Assembly (NCBI RefSeq): GCF_000002075.1
Contig: NW_004797800.1
Location: forward strand, 417,159-481,158
Length of the DNA: 64,000 nucleotides
Direction of reading: 5' to 3'
From: Aplysia californica
Lineage: Eukaryota
Part shown: positions 63,326 to 64,000 of the stretch, piece by piece
Layout of the letters: each line of letters begins with the position of its first letter
Position numbering within the stretch: position 1 is the stretch's first letter
Made by a program: the position numbers and the translations under genes
Notes under the pieces: model-generated
Database searches by the model: none
What the model saw: only the letters and a program-made list of their open reading frames with translations
What the model was told of the DNA's origin: nothing

Positions 63326-64000
63326 ACAAAAACCAAGATTTTGAGGTGAGACCTGGCGTAACTACCAGTTGTTGAGGTCGATGACCCCCCTGTTTCTATG
63401 TTATTAAATCAGTCTCCATAAAATACGTCCCCCCCCCCTTACACCCCCCCCCCACCAAATCCAAACTTCTCGTGTGAGGGTAGCAAAAAAGTCCAAGTCT
63501 CACCAACAGCAAGTGTGTGAACTATTCCATTTGGGATCACCCCGTGAACGTCTATGCTCAGGACTTGTGTCCAGGTAATATTTACTGGGTGGTTGGTGGG
63601 TGTTCTGGTGTGTTGCTCCTTCTTTTAGATGAAACATCTATCGTCCTTATCTCCCCTCCTTCTATTTTGTGTTTGTTACTCTCTTGTAACACTTCTAATC
63701 TTCAGCACTTAAATGACCTTACTGTGTTGCAAGTGCCGTAAAACTCTTCCTAAAACAATAAAACAATGCTGGACTATCACTGCTGAGAATATCTTGGAAG
63801 GAAAAGAGATCAAATGATGTAGTACTTGAAGAAGCCGACGTGGGCCGCTCGCTGATAACAAAAGCCGGATAAAGTCAAATACAGTTTTTTTGGACACCTG
63901 AAAAGACACATAAAGGCCATTGAACATATTATTATTGCTTTCATGGGAAAATTGAAGGTAAACGAGGCAAGAATTGTCTCTGAGCAACCTACGTGGAGAG

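Larger units (their letters stand above)
40050..64000. repeat. Tandem segmental duplication units B (~40.0-47.5 kb), C (~47.5-57.6 kb), D (~57.6 kb to window end)
   Basis: The same ordered blocks recur: minus RTE fragment, ctggcgggagagtgagc block, exon 2, pogo-like MITE, exon 1, SINE, plus RTE fragment. Stop codons are spaced 7402 and 10880 bp apart. Boundaries approximate. Confidence 0.85.

Overview
Eukaryotic (animal) genomic DNA, AT-rich, intron-rich and with many small N gaps. A gastropod-like invertebrate is my guess from repeat content and composition, not a demonstrated fact. Two conserved genes lie head-to-head with start codons about 480 bp apart. METTL18/HPM1 is on the minus strand (8 coding exons, 226-13801; the last exon lies left of the window) and contains one U12-type minor intron. 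RRP12 is on the plus strand (12 coding exons, 14280-33809, 514 codons; no further exons recognised in the window). After RRP12 exon 12, on the opposite strand and apparently inside one intron of >30 kb, is a tandem array of at least four two-exon genes (A-D). Copies A, B and D each have a TATA box and a 13-nt first coding exon; exon 1 of copy C is inferred to lie in a gap. They encode a secreted ~140-aa protein I cannot assign to a known family. It has an invariant 16-Cys framework made of two mirror-symmetric C-x3-C-x3-C-x6-C / C-x6-C-x3-C-x3-C modules and a Cys-free C-terminal tail. Three copies are near-identical in exon 2 although their flanks have diverged. The rest is introns and repeats: a tRNA-derived SINE sharing its 3' tail with an I/Nimb-type LINE, RTE and L2/CR1 fragments, hAT, Tc1/pogo and Harbinger-derived elements, and mini/microsatellites.
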